DNA of 56,705 nucleotides from a virus (Duplodnaviria > Caudoviricetes): positions 1 through 56,705 of the IMG/VR virus record IMGVR_UViG_3300035162_003548; one strand, given 5' to 3'. A program made the position numbers and the translations under genes. Below, one piece after another: positions 17,888-27,300 of the stretch. The notes beneath the pieces were generated by a model that ran no database searches, was not told where the DNA came from, and was given only the letters and a program-made list of their open reading frames with translations. Numbering within the stretch: position 1 is the first letter of the stretch; every line of letters starts with the position of its first letter.

Positions 17888-18112
17888 CTACCAATCTGGA
17901 TAATTCCATATCGTAGGATTATTTTTTCTACCCTTGATTATACGATTTTTTGTACATTCTTTGCATTCATATGCATAAGAGGAAGAAACTGCGCCCCTAT
18001 CCTTTCTTGTCCTATAGAAATCTTCTACTAAATTTTTAAAATTACCACAAACTCTACATTTTCTTTCTTGAAATAGTAGATGACCTAATTTGATTTGACC
18101 ATCCAAATCCAT
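17888..18112 (-). CDS. Small zinc-finger protein (CxxC...CKEC)
   Basis: Likely start 18112 (TAATG with the gp17 stop): MDLDGQ...RKCRVCGNFKNLVEDFY...YAYECKECTK...YPDW. Confidence 0.7.
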   Translation of the reverse strand: MDLDGQIKLGHLLFQERKCRVCGNFKNLVEDFYRTRKDRGAVSSSYAYECKECTKNRIIKGRKNNPTIWNYPDW

Positions 18113-19758
18113 TATCTGTATTCCCACATGAAAGATCTATCACCATATTCATCCGCAACAGACCACCTATCTCCATCCGAATCTACAAAAGTCTCCTCAC
18201 CGAGGCCATCATTCATAAAACCAAATGGTGCCATATCTTGCTCAATTTGATTTTTTTGTTCTTCATATAATCTTTTTCTTACATCTTGATCTGTAAGTTC
18301 TTTAAAATAATCCATCTGGACTAACCAGGCATAGATCACCAAACACATTGCAAGGTCATCATTACAACCTTCTTCCGCTTCAAATGAATTGCTCTTTGAA
18401 ATGAAAGTAGTTAATTCTGAGATAATTTCATAATCTTTAAATATAACTTTGTTTTCTTCAATCATTGTCTTAAGATTCAATGATCCAACTTTTTTAACAG
18501 TCTTACTCATCTTGACTCCAAGTTGAGTTTTCTTACCAGAAAATCCTTGGCCAACAACCTGTCCTGCTCTACCTCTCATAGAACACATTAATAAGTTTTG
18601 ATATTCAAGATCATATTGTAGGATGCTTGCTACTTGATCTCCAATATCATTTACCTCGCATAAGATAAATGCACTATTATATTTTTTTGCTACTTCATAT
18701 ATGATGTTTGGAAATAACATCGGTTTAATTTCATTATTTCTATATTTTGATACTACTTTGTGTGGAAATTCGGTTATATCTACAACTACAAATGCTGAGT
18801 AATCTTCGCCAACACCGCGAGCAACGTCCACAGTCATCACATAGTCATGATTCCTAGCAGGGTCCTCATATACATCAAGTCCAGCATTAGATGCGATTGG
18901 GCTATCATATACAAGTGCTCTTAATTTGCTTGGTGCAATCAGTGTGTCAACTGATCCTAGAAACTCACATTCAAACTCAATTTTAAATTGTTGTTCAGAT
19001 GTATTAGCAATCGTTTGTTCTTTCCAAACATCATCCCTACCAGGAACTTCACTCCAATGAACATCTGTGGGAACATAATCGTTTTTACTTTTTTCTGCAT
19101 CGTGCCATAGACGGTAGAAGTGATTCATACCATGTGGAGTTGATACAATGATTACTTTGGTATTTTTACCAGAAGTAATAGTAGGATATACAGAGGCAAA
19201 GAACGAATCAGCAATGTGATTTGGGACGAACGCAAATTCGTCTAGAAATAAGATATTAAACGACATGCCTCGGACAGCACTTGCAGACGTAGATGCTGCC
19301 AAAATTTTACTGCCATTTTCTAATTCAATATTTCCCTTATTCCATACTAAAATACCTTGCTGCATCCACTTGGGCAAATTCTCATATGCAGTCGCTAATC
19401 TTCCCAACAATTCTCTAGCAGTAGATGCTTTGTTGGCAAGAATACCAATATTTACACTATCATTAAAAAGTGCATAGTGTAAAAGATAAGACACACAGGT
19501 AGTAGATTTGCCGGTTTGTCTAGGCATCTTACAGATATTAAATCTGTTTTCATGGAAATTGTTAATTAACTTTTCTTGAAAGTCATATGGTCTGAATGGT
19601 ATAAGACCTTCATCCAAACTCACAATCTTAACGTATCTCCTAGCGAAGTATACCGGATCATCCTTACATTTTAAAAATTCAAGAACTTGTTCTTGAGTAA
19701 ACTCGATGGGGGTATTCGCTTTTTTTAATAAAGGATTACCAAGATATACATCACTCAT
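18112..19758 (-). CDS. gp17: Terminase large subunit
   Basis: YLGNPLLK, Walker A PRQTGKST, Walker B FLDEFAF, IIVSTPHG, nuclease VDVARGVGEDYS, DDLAMCL. Confidence 0.98.
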   Translation of the reverse strand: MSDVYLGNPLLKKANTPIEFTQEQVLEFLKCKDDPVYFARRYVKIVSLDEGLIPFRPYDFQEKLINNFHENRFNICKMPRQTGKSTTCVSYLLHYALFNDSVNIGILANKASTARELLGRLATAYENLPKWMQQGILVWNKGNIELENGSKILAASTSASAVRGMSFNILFLDEFAFVPNHIADSFFASVYPTITSGKNTKVIIVSTPHGMNHFYRLWHDAEKSKNDYVPTDVHWSEVPGRDDVWKEQTIANTSEQQFKIEFECEFLGSVDTLIAPSKLRALVYDSPIASNAGLDVYEDPARNHDYVMTVDVARGVGEDYSAFVVVDITEFPHKVVSKYRNNEIKPMLFPNIIYEVAKKYNSAFILCEVNDIGDQVASILQYDLEYQNLLMCSMRGRAGQVVGQGFSGKKTQLGVKMSKTVKKVGSLNLKTMIEENKVIFKDYEIISELTTFISKSNSFEAEEGCNDDLAMCLVIYAWLVQMDYFKELTDQDVRKRLYEEQKNQIEQDMAPFGFMNDGLGEETFVDSDGDRWSVADEYGDRSFMWEYR

Positions 19759-19780
19759 AAAAAATTACCTTTCAATTAAA

Positions 19781-21430
19781 TTAACAATTCCAAGCTCTTA
19801 GTGATTTATTGATTCTGCTATCTGGATCAGATGCAGTCTTCTTTGAAGTTAACTTCTTTTTCATTCCTTTCATTCTAGCGCAGAAGGATGCCCTCCTGGG
19901 ATTTCCAACCTTCTTGCTTGGTGCTTTGAGGTCAGATCCTGGATTTTCCTTTTCATAAGACTTTCGTCCTTTTTCGTTGAGGCCTCCTGATCTGCTTTTT
20001 CCTGATTTTTTAGTCCATGCTGCACCTTCTGCAACTTGGACAAATGCTTGTCCGGGTTCATAATCGGAAACTGTGAAATTTGATAGTTTTGAACCTGGGT
20101 AAACCTTCTCTATTTCTCTTTGAACGTCTGTTCTAGTAGGTCTTTTGGCGAATGGGAAGAACATTTTAATCCCATAATATTTTCCTTTCCAGACAAGTGA
20201 TACTGCAATAATATTACCAGTTTTTGCTGGAATGCGAATAGCCTCTTGGACTTGTTCGGTTCCTTTCCAAACACCTTCATCATTTACTACTGGTTTCATA
20301 TTAACAGGACCAACAATATCAATCACTTCTGCAAAGGCCTTTCCATCAGCGGTTTCGATGGAAGTAGTTTCTTCAGCCTTTACGCAGCGATTATATGTTT
20401 TTCCGAAAAGTTTTTGCGTTCCCTTTTTTTTATATCCCTTCCAACATTTTTTACCTGCTTCATCCAATTCAATTGCGTCAATAGATTCAAGAGCAGCAAC
20501 TTGTGCTGGTGAAAATCCCTCTTTCTTTGAACTATTTCCCCAATTGGCGGCACCCGCCTTACGGCATTTTACTAAGGCACCTGAAGCATATGCTGAAGGC
20601 CATACACTATATCGAGATTTGACTTTATGGTAACAGGCATCTTTAGATCCACTGCCTTTACTTTTTTTGTCTTTTGCTTCTTCAATATTTAACACTTTAT
20701 CACCGACTTTTACGTCATTGGCCTCAAACCACCCGCTATTTACTTCTAAAGCGTAGAGAACTTTTGCGTCAGATGTGATTGAGGATTCGTTTAATGGTTC
20801 TAATTTTTTAATAGTTTCAATTACACCATGTTCGTTGATAAATGCAATATCAAGGGAAATGGTGGTGTTCTTCATGTGGAATGCCTTTTCTCCAGATTCT
20901 TCAAATACGAAAAGCATACCACAGTTTTTGCCTAGACTTTCTCTGAACATCAACCCTGCGTTAAACGCATTTAAAGAAGATGGAACTTCTATACTTAAGG
21001 GTAGATTTACAAATTCTTCCTTTATTTTCTTTTTAGGGTCAGTTGATACGTAGGTTGGTTTTGCTGCACTAGACTTTGATTGTTGTCCGGGGTCTGCTGC
21101 TTTTTTTCTTCTAGCAGAAGATTTTCTTTCTGCTGGAGTCATACTTGCTCTTTTTGCAGATGATACACACTTAGGCGTACCTTCCCCTGGTTTATCGCTT
21201 GCACAGGTTCCACCTGTCACAACATTGACCCAACCACCTTTACCATCTTTTGATTTGGATTTACCAAACCAGTCACGAAGACCTTCCTCACTGATAGAGG
21301 CACCATTTTCCTTACGAAGCATTCCTTTTGGATCTACCATGAAACCCTTAGGAATTGGTTTACAAACTTCATCTGTATAGCAGTAATATGATCCTGCCTT
21401 ACATTTTCCGTTTTGCTTTTCCTCTTTCAT
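19781..21430 (-). CDS. Multi-module protein (DUF192-like domain plus several small basic Cys-containing modules), putative internal-head polyprotein
   Basis: DUF192-like GLMFR...GMLFVF...FHMKNT..SLDIAFI...ALEVNSG at about 20690-21013; Lys-rich modules separated by (I/L/V)-x-E linkers. Confidence 0.7.
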   Translation of the reverse strand: MKEEKQNGKCKAGSYYCYTDEVCKPIPKGFMVDPKGMLRKENGASISEEGLRDWFGKSKSKDGKGGWVNVVTGGTCASDKPGEGTPKCVSSAKRASMTPAERKSSARRKKAADPGQQSKSSAAKPTYVSTDPKKKIKEEFVNLPLSIEVPSSLNAFNAGLMFRESLGKNCGMLFVFEESGEKAFHMKNTTISLDIAFINEHGVIETIKKLEPLNESSITSDAKVLYALEVNSGWFEANDVKVGDKVLNIEEAKDKKSKGSGSKDACYHKVKSRYSVWPSAYASGALVKCRKAGAANWGNSSKKEGFSPAQVAALESIDAIELDEAGKKCWKGYKKKGTQKLFGKTYNRCVKAEETTSIETADGKAFAEVIDIVGPVNMKPVVNDEGVWKGTEQVQEAIRIPAKTGNIIAVSLVWKGKYYGIKMFFPFAKRPTRTDVQREIEKVYPGSKLSNFTVSDYEPGQAFVQVAEGAAWTKKSGKSRSGGLNEKGRKSYEKENPGSDLKAPSKKVGNPRRASFCARMKGMKKKLTSKKTASDPDSRINKSLRAWNC

Positions 21431-21462
21431 AATATTTCTAGAATTTGCTGGTTGACCAGGTT

Positions 21463-21484
21463 AGACTTTATTTAAATAAAGTCT
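21463..21484. repeat. Perfect 22-bp palindrome AGACTTTATTTAAATAAAGTCT
   Basis: The sequence equals its own reverse complement; intergenic, between CTAAATA (21490-21496) and ATG 21430. Confidence 0.85.
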
Positions 21485-21492
21485 CTTATTAT

Positions 21493-22062
21493 TTAGCAAT
21501 CATTAAACATTGATCCCACAGTAGATCCTGCAGATGACCCTGCTTTTTGACCTAAGAGTAGTGCCCAACCCGATACTAACCACCCAACATAAGGAATACC
21601 AACAACAGCAGGGACAACAAGCCCAGCACTAATTGCTGTCCCTGCCATTGCACCTTGTGACCGTGCTCCAGCGTCCGCCACGATGCATTCTACTTCTTTT
21701 ACAGACTTTCCCTCGCTGTCTAATCCAGCACCTCCTAAGTTGCGAGTGCCATCCATTGTGTATTCATCACGGCGATATTCAGTTCTCCTCTCATTACTAT
21801 TACCACCAAAGAATCCTTTTTTATTTTTATCTAAGTCAAGAGATCTTTCAGAATTAAGAACAGCAGGATCGTTTGCTTTATATTCTATACTATATCCGTC
21901 TTTACCTGCTTCAATTTTGTAAGAAGAATAATCTCCTCTGGGCAAATTAATAATTGGAACTTCTGGTGTTTTTGTTGCTTGGACGATGTGTCCCAGAACA
22001 CCGATGTGTGCTACGGCAATAACACCACCAACTCCTAATGCAGTCCATTTAAAGAAGTTCAT
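21493..22062 (-). CDS. Membrane-associated protein with N-terminal hydrophobic helix and C-terminal glycine-zipper-like segment
   Basis: WTALGVGGVIAVAHIGVLG and GAMAGTAISAG...GIPYVGWLVSGWALLLGQKAGSSAGSTVG. Confidence 0.7.
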   Translation of the reverse strand: MNFFKWTALGVGGVIAVAHIGVLGHIVQATKTPEVPIINLPRGDYSSYKIEAGKDGYSIEYKANDPAVLNSERSLDLDKNKKGFFGGNSNERRTEYRRDEYTMDGTRNLGGAGLDSEGKSVKEVECIVADAGARSQGAMAGTAISAGLVVPAVVGIPYVGWLVSGWALLLGQKAGSSAGSTVGSMFNDC

Positions 22063-22114
22063 AAGGTTACCAATTTTGTAATATTTTATTAAATTAATAT
22101 AATTATATAGAAAA

Positions 22115-24373
22115 TTAAACTTTTGTTAATATTTTAGATATTTTAAAGACTGTAGATGAACTGAATGCTGGTGTTGCTCTTACTCGAACATTTCCTGAGT
22201 TAATGTCTGCATCAAATGTTGCAAGTGTGGATCCTGTTTTTATAGTTCCAAATTCTGCCATATAAACATCCGTTCCATCATGTAATACATTTAAAGTTGT
22301 TACATGGTATAAAGATCCTCTTGTTATCTGTATTTGATATTGTGCGGATCTAAAGACTGAAGCACTAAAAGTGTCAATATTAGACTCGGATGTTGTTGTG
22401 GTTGTTGCTGTAGCAGCGTCAATTTTTATTATTGTAGTTATGCTTCCAGCACCAATTTCTAAACCACTTCTAGCAGTTGCAACACCAATTGAATCCAAAT
22501 ACTCAACATCATCATAAGTTATTGTGCCACCAACACTTAAGTTTCCTGTAAGAGTAAGATTAACTCCAGTTGCACCAGGTGTTAATGTTGAAGCTTCTCC
22601 GGTGCCAGAAAGTGCTGTACTAGCAATTCCTACCCATTGTATTCCATTGTATATAAGAAGATTGTTTGCAGCTAAACCAGTAGTTCGTATACCTACATCT
22701 TCCAAATCATCTAGACGGACTGCACCACCTCCACCAATAGATGAAAGTTGAACTTGAATTCTATTAATGAAAAGTCTATAATGATCTTGAAGTTGCTTCA
22801 GAGTCACATAGTTTTGATCTAATGGTGTAAGAGGATCTGAAGTTTTTGTGCCAGAACTACCTATTGTAATTGGAGAGTCTTCTGTTAAAAGTGTTTTCTC
22901 ACTAAACTTTGATAGCACATCTTCAATATGATTTACCTTCTCAATAAGATCTTGATTTTTCTTTTCAATTGAATCAATATGAAGCTTACTGATTACATCT
23001 TGAACTTCTTCTTTGATACTTTCAATATGCTTATTTTGGTTCTTGATATGAACTTCGTTGGTGTTCAGATTAACTTCAAGGTCTTTAATTTGTTCAACTA
23101 ATTCTTCTTCAAATTTATAAACTTCTTTTTTTAATTTTTCATGATATGCAGAAGTACTGATATCTAAATTAGATTGAAGTTCAAGAACATCTTGTACAGT
23201 AGTTTCCTCTATAGTTTCAAGTTTTTTAGAAAAATCTTCTAATCTATTTGAAAAATTTATTAACTTTTTGTCTTCGGTAACTTCTCTTTTTTTAGAATCC
23301 TTACATAATCTTGCATAAGAATCAAAAATTTCTCCGGTTTGATTTTTTGATTCTTGAATACTTATTTGAACTTTTTCTAAAAGAGAATCGATATCGGTTT
23401 CTTTAAGATTATTAATTTTAGAAAGATTTTCAATTTGCTCAGTTAGAGTATTGACTCTAATTAAAACAGATTTTTCTAACTCCTTAACTTCTTCTTCAGA
23501 TTTTAATTTATTTTCCACCAGCATTTTGCTGTATTTTGGAATTTCAACATCAGTAAATTCCTTTACAGTAGAATTTAATTCTTCTAATCTTTCATGATAA
23601 GTTTGGTTGACAAACTTAATTTGTTCATCAAAAATATTTTGGGCTTTATTAAGTTTTTCTTCTGTCCTAATTTCTGTTTCGGCAAAAAACTTTTTATATT
23701 CTGGAAGATCTTTTTCTAGTATAACGTTTACAGTTGATGAAATATCAGATACTTCTTCTTTTATAGAAGACAGTTTATCATCATTTAGAACTTCAACATT
23801 TCCTATAATTGTTTTTAATTCTTTATTAACATCTTCGTTAAGATTTTTAAAAGAAGACTCTATATTTGATTTAAAATTTGAAAGTCTTCCATCATTTCTA
23901 ATTTCAGATTCTGAAATTAATTTTTTATACTCTGGAACTTCTACATTTATAAACCCATTTACCATCTCAGATAGTTCTGAGAAATCATTAGTTATACGAT
24001 CTGTAACATCCTTATTAACTCCAGATATTTTATTTTCTATTTTTTCTATAGATTCTTCAACAAAGAACAGATGTGCCATCATGGCATCGTCTAGATCCTC
24101 TTTTTTTGTAAAGTTCTTAATATCTTCTTTTAATTCACCAATCTCTTTAGATATAGTTTCTACTTTATTAACATTTTCCTTAAAACTATCAAAAGTTGAT
24201 GAAAAGTCTGTAAGTGATTGAATATGATTCAGGTTATTTTTAAAAGCATTAAAAGCCTCTGAGATTTTTTCAATCTTCTCTGGTTTTGAGGAAGAAAGTT
24301 CCTCTTTTAGAGAATCGAAAGAACTCTCCTCTTTATCTTTTATATAAAAGTCAGAAGGCTTCTTTAGTGCCAC
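22115..24373 (-). CDS. Long coiled-coil protein with C-terminal fibre/beta domain, putative virion protein
   Basis: About 500 aa Glu/Lys-rich coiled coil, then LSSIGGGGAVRLDDLEDV and a C-terminal RSAQYQIQ...LHDGTDVYMAEFG module. Confidence 0.75.
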   Translation of the reverse strand: MALKKPSDFYIKDKEESSFDSLKEELSSSKPEKIEKISEAFNAFKNNLNHIQSLTDFSSTFDSFKENVNKVETISKEIGELKEDIKNFTKKEDLDDAMMAHLFFVEESIEKIENKISGVNKDVTDRITNDFSELSEMVNGFINVEVPEYKKLISESEIRNDGRLSNFKSNIESSFKNLNEDVNKELKTIIGNVEVLNDDKLSSIKEEVSDISSTVNVILEKDLPEYKKFFAETEIRTEEKLNKAQNIFDEQIKFVNQTYHERLEELNSTVKEFTDVEIPKYSKMLVENKLKSEEEVKELEKSVLIRVNTLTEQIENLSKINNLKETDIDSLLEKVQISIQESKNQTGEIFDSYARLCKDSKKREVTEDKKLINFSNRLEDFSKKLETIEETTVQDVLELQSNLDISTSAYHEKLKKEVYKFEEELVEQIKDLEVNLNTNEVHIKNQNKHIESIKEEVQDVISKLHIDSIEKKNQDLIEKVNHIEDVLSKFSEKTLLTEDSPITIGSSGTKTSDPLTPLDQNYVTLKQLQDHYRLFINRIQVQLSSIGGGGAVRLDDLEDVGIRTTGLAANNLLIYNGIQWVGIASTALSGTGEASTLTPGATGVNLTLTGNLSVGGTITYDDVEYLDSIGVATARSGLEIGAGSITTIIKIDAATATTTTTSESNIDTFSASVFRSAQYQIQITRGSLYHVTTLNVLHDGTDVYMAEFGTIKTGSTLATFDADINSGNVRVRATPAFSSSTVFKISKILTKV

Positions 24374-24400
24374 TTAATATTACCCCAGTTATAGTTATAT

Positions 24401-24832
24401 TTATTTTTTCTCTATATCCCCGTTTTGGGATTTGAGAAATTTTGATAGATCAGAAGTGGACCCAACAAATAATGCATTAGTTACATTAGTCGGACCTTTT
24501 ACAGATTCTTCTTTAACATCTTTTAATTTTTTTTGCAGATCTAATAATTTATCAGTTGCATCAGCTACATTTTTTATAAGTTGTCCAGCAACCTCATATG
24601 CTCTAGGCATCTCACTTTCTTGAGCTAATTCAAGAATTCCATTAATTGCTTCTTGACCTTTTTCAATTATAGAGTATAAGTTTCCTCTTGTGTATTCATA
24701 ATCTTTTTCAATATCATTTTTACTGTGCTCTATTTTTTTTGCTAGACTTTTTGATTCTTTCTCTATAGAAACAATTTCAGTCTCTACATTGAATGCACTA
24801 TCTAAACTATCATAATTTTTTGTCATATTCAT
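24401..24832 (-). CDS. gp16: Terminase small subunit
   Basis: DYEYTRGNL, AQESEMPRAYEVAGQLIK, NALFVGSTSDL. Confidence 0.93.
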   Translation of the reverse strand: MNMTKNYDSLDSAFNVETEIVSIEKESKSLAKKIEHSKNDIEKDYEYTRGNLYSIIEKGQEAINGILELAQESEMPRAYEVAGQLIKNVADATDKLLDLQKKLKDVKEESVKGPTNVTNALFVGSTSDLSKFLKSQNGDIEKK

Positions 24833-25836
24833 GTAATTGATCCACTAAATCCAAAATCATCTCCAAACTCTATAAGATCACTATCTTCTCTAGCAGTATA
24901 ATCAATACCTTTTATTTCATCACCTCTCAAATGACTAGAAATTGTAGTTCCATCTTTTCCTCTTTCAACAGTAATTTTATTTCCAGTAATTTTTGTAACA
25001 AACATTTCTTCTCCACCAACATCAATATATTTTTTAGAGATAATTGAAGATCCACTATCAACATTAAAGGATAAGTCTGTGGCATTTAGATCATCTGCAA
25101 GATTAGTAACGACATCTCCTGTGTAATCTTTTATAGCTCTTGGTTTAACACTATATGTGAGATCTCTAACTGTACTATTACTATCTCCAGAGTAGTAAGA
25201 AATTGAAGCTCTCTTGACAATATCTGAGGTTGCAGAAGAAATAGGGCCAAACAAATAAGTTTTTGCAGTAAATCTAAGGGTGTAGAGTAATACTCTACGT
25301 GAAGTAAAATCTCCCTCATAATCATCTTGCATAGTTATATTTTCTAATATAACAGGAATATCTCTTTTTTCGTTAATAGATCCGACTAAATTTACTGTGA
25401 GATTATATGCTGGTTGAAAATATGGTAAAATTTGTTCTAGTATTTGAAGAGCATCATCATTTAATTTAGCCATGATGCTAAGTTCAAACTGCAAGTTATA
25501 TGGAACTGGCATGTATGCTTTTTTGATCTCACTATTATCTGTGGGATCTTTTGTTATGAATTGTTGAGTAGTGGTTACTTTTCTAGTTTGATCATAAGTT
25601 AATCCAGTAAATTCGAAGGACATGCGCGGTAAAGAAATCGCAGTCGATTTATTTAAATCCGGAGATTGTTCTAATCTAGCTAAAAACTTTTGAGTAGGTC
25701 CATATGCAAGGGGAACTTTGAAAGAATTTATATTATTATCCGACGCATCAGTATGTTGAATTTCCAATCCATTAAAAAGAGTACCAAAAGAAATAATAGT
25801 CCTCCTTAAAATTTCGTTATAAAAATACTCAAACAT
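24829..25836 (-). CDS. gp15: Tail terminator / sheath stabiliser with C-terminal extension
   Basis: YFYNEILRRTIISFGTLFN, VPLAYGP, LPRMSFE, PVPYN, QILEQILPYFQP. Confidence 0.95.
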   Translation of the reverse strand: MFEYFYNEILRRTIISFGTLFNGLEIQHTDASDNNINSFKVPLAYGPTQKFLARLEQSPDLNKSTAISLPRMSFEFTGLTYDQTRKVTTTQQFITKDPTDNSEIKKAYMPVPYNLQFELSIMAKLNDDALQILEQILPYFQPAYNLTVNLVGSINEKRDIPVILENITMQDDYEGDFTSRRVLLYTLRFTAKTYLFGPISSATSDIVKRASISYYSGDSNSTVRDLTYSVKPRAIKDYTGDVVTNLADDLNATDLSFNVDSGSSIISKKYIDVGGEEMFVTKITGNKITVERGKDGTTISSHLRGDEIKGIDYTAREDSDLIEFGDDFGFSGSIT

Positions 25837-25860
25837 TTTTAGATACCTGTTATACTATAT

Positions 25861-27294
25861 TTAGGGCATACCAAACGGATTGGATTCACTGAAATCTAAT
25901 ATGGAGTCGGCTTCGGTTTCAAATCCATTATTATCCTCATAACCAGTGTTTCCTGGGACCTCATCAATAATTCTAATTATACTAGTTGCACTGGAAGAAG
26001 ATCCGGTGATTGTTTCACCTCTTAAGAATGCTCCACTGACATCATATACATCTAATTCTACCGTTTCAGCATTCCATTCTCTAACTCTAGCAGTTGATCC
26101 TGAAGTTCCACCAGTAATTGTTTCATTGAATATGAAATTGCCTGATGAGGAACTCCCAGGAATTTCGAAAGAAATTGTTGGTGGTACTGTATAACCAGCA
26201 CCGGCATTTGTTATGTAAACCGCTGAAACAGTTCCTGCTGCACTTATAATCGCTGTTGCAGCAGCAGAGACAGTAGATATCCCAGTGAAGGTAATTGTAG
26301 GTGCTGTAGTGTATCCTGAACCCCCTCCAGTGACCGTAACGATACCGATCGCACCATGGTTGGTAAGGATTGATGTTCCGGCAGCACCAGATCCCTTTCC
26401 ATCAGTATTGTTAGTGATGAATTGTATTGTTGGTGCTGAAGTATATCCAGAGCCTGGATTTATAAGGGGAGCACTCTGAACAACTAATTTATTGCCAGGA
26501 TCAGCTGCACCACTACAAACAACTATACCTCCCAAAGTGAATGCTGAGGCAATACCAGTTACTCCGCCAGCTGGTGCCGATGATATTCCAACTTTTGGTC
26601 TAAAGAGGTAATTATTACCTCTATTTGTAATATTGATAAATCTGATTGCCCCATTTACAACTGTTGTTACTGCAGTTGCAGAAGTGGCAGTTCCGACTAA
26701 TGTAAATTTTTGAATACCAATTCCTTGGAAAATAATATCTCCATCTGCCCCTTCAATCCCTTCCAAAGTATCATCAATCTCTTCAACTCCAGTATCAATA
26801 ACCTCATCTTCAATACGGAAGAGTTCACATGTCAACTCATAGACATAATTTTTTTGTAATTGATAGAATGGTTTTTCATGCTCAACATATTTTATCTCAA
26901 ATAAACGATCTCCAAGAGGAAAATAAATTAAATCACCCTCTTTTGGTCTAGTTGAAAGTTTAGTATTGCTCTCATTCTTCATCAATGGAGATATGTAAGT
27001 TTCAAACCTTTCCTTTGAAATAATTAAAGTTATTTCATTAGTTTGCTGTATTCCAAATTTTGAAAGTATACTTGAATTATCTCCATATCCATCAAAATTT
27101 TCAATATAAGCTTCAATCGGATATGCATCATCAAACTTTGATTCAATAACTTCTTTCATCAAAGTTTTTTCAGTCAGGTATTTGCGAGGCATATAATGAA
27201 CCTCTACACCATACATTCTTAGTTGTTCATTAATTATATCCTGAACAAGACTTTGCTCTCCAGAAGAACCTTGTTGAAAAAATGGATTTAACAT
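25861..27294 (-). CDS. gp14: Neck / head-completion protein with GSGYxxAP repeat insertion
   Basis: LNPFF, YGVEVHYMPR, RPKEGDLIYFP, FEIKYVEHEKPFYQL, C-terminal DFSESNPFG. Confidence 0.93.
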   Translation of the reverse strand: MLNPFFQQGSSGEQSLVQDIINEQLRMYGVEVHYMPRKYLTEKTLMKEVIESKFDDAYPIEAYIENFDGYGDNSSILSKFGIQQTNEITLIISKERFETYISPLMKNESNTKLSTRPKEGDLIYFPLGDRLFEIKYVEHEKPFYQLQKNYVYELTCELFRIEDEVIDTGVEEIDDTLEGIEGADGDIIFQGIGIQKFTLVGTATSATAVTTVVNGAIRFINITNRGNNYLFRPKVGISSAPAGGVTGIASAFTLGGIVVCSGAADPGNKLVVQSAPLINPGSGYTSAPTIQFITNNTDGKGSGAAGTSILTNHGAIGIVTVTGGGSGYTTAPTITFTGISTVSAAATAIISAAGTVSAVYITNAGAGYTVPPTISFEIPGSSSSGNFIFNETITGGTSGSTARVREWNAETVELDVYDVSGAFLRGETITGSSSSATSIIRIIDEVPGNTGYEDNNGFETEADSILDFSESNPFGMP

Positions 27295-27300
27295 AATTTT

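Noticed and set aside
23607-24221. 204-aa plus-strand ORF
   Set aside because: Ser/Phe/Leu/Ile-rich mirror of the Glu/Lys-rich coiled-coil gene; no RBS or motif
25950-26700. GSGYxxAPTI repeats in gp14 and gp7 as a DNA repeat array or DGR template
   Set aside because: Protein-level repeats with diverged codons, common in cyanophage structural proteins; no reverse transcriptase or adenine-specific variant pair seen
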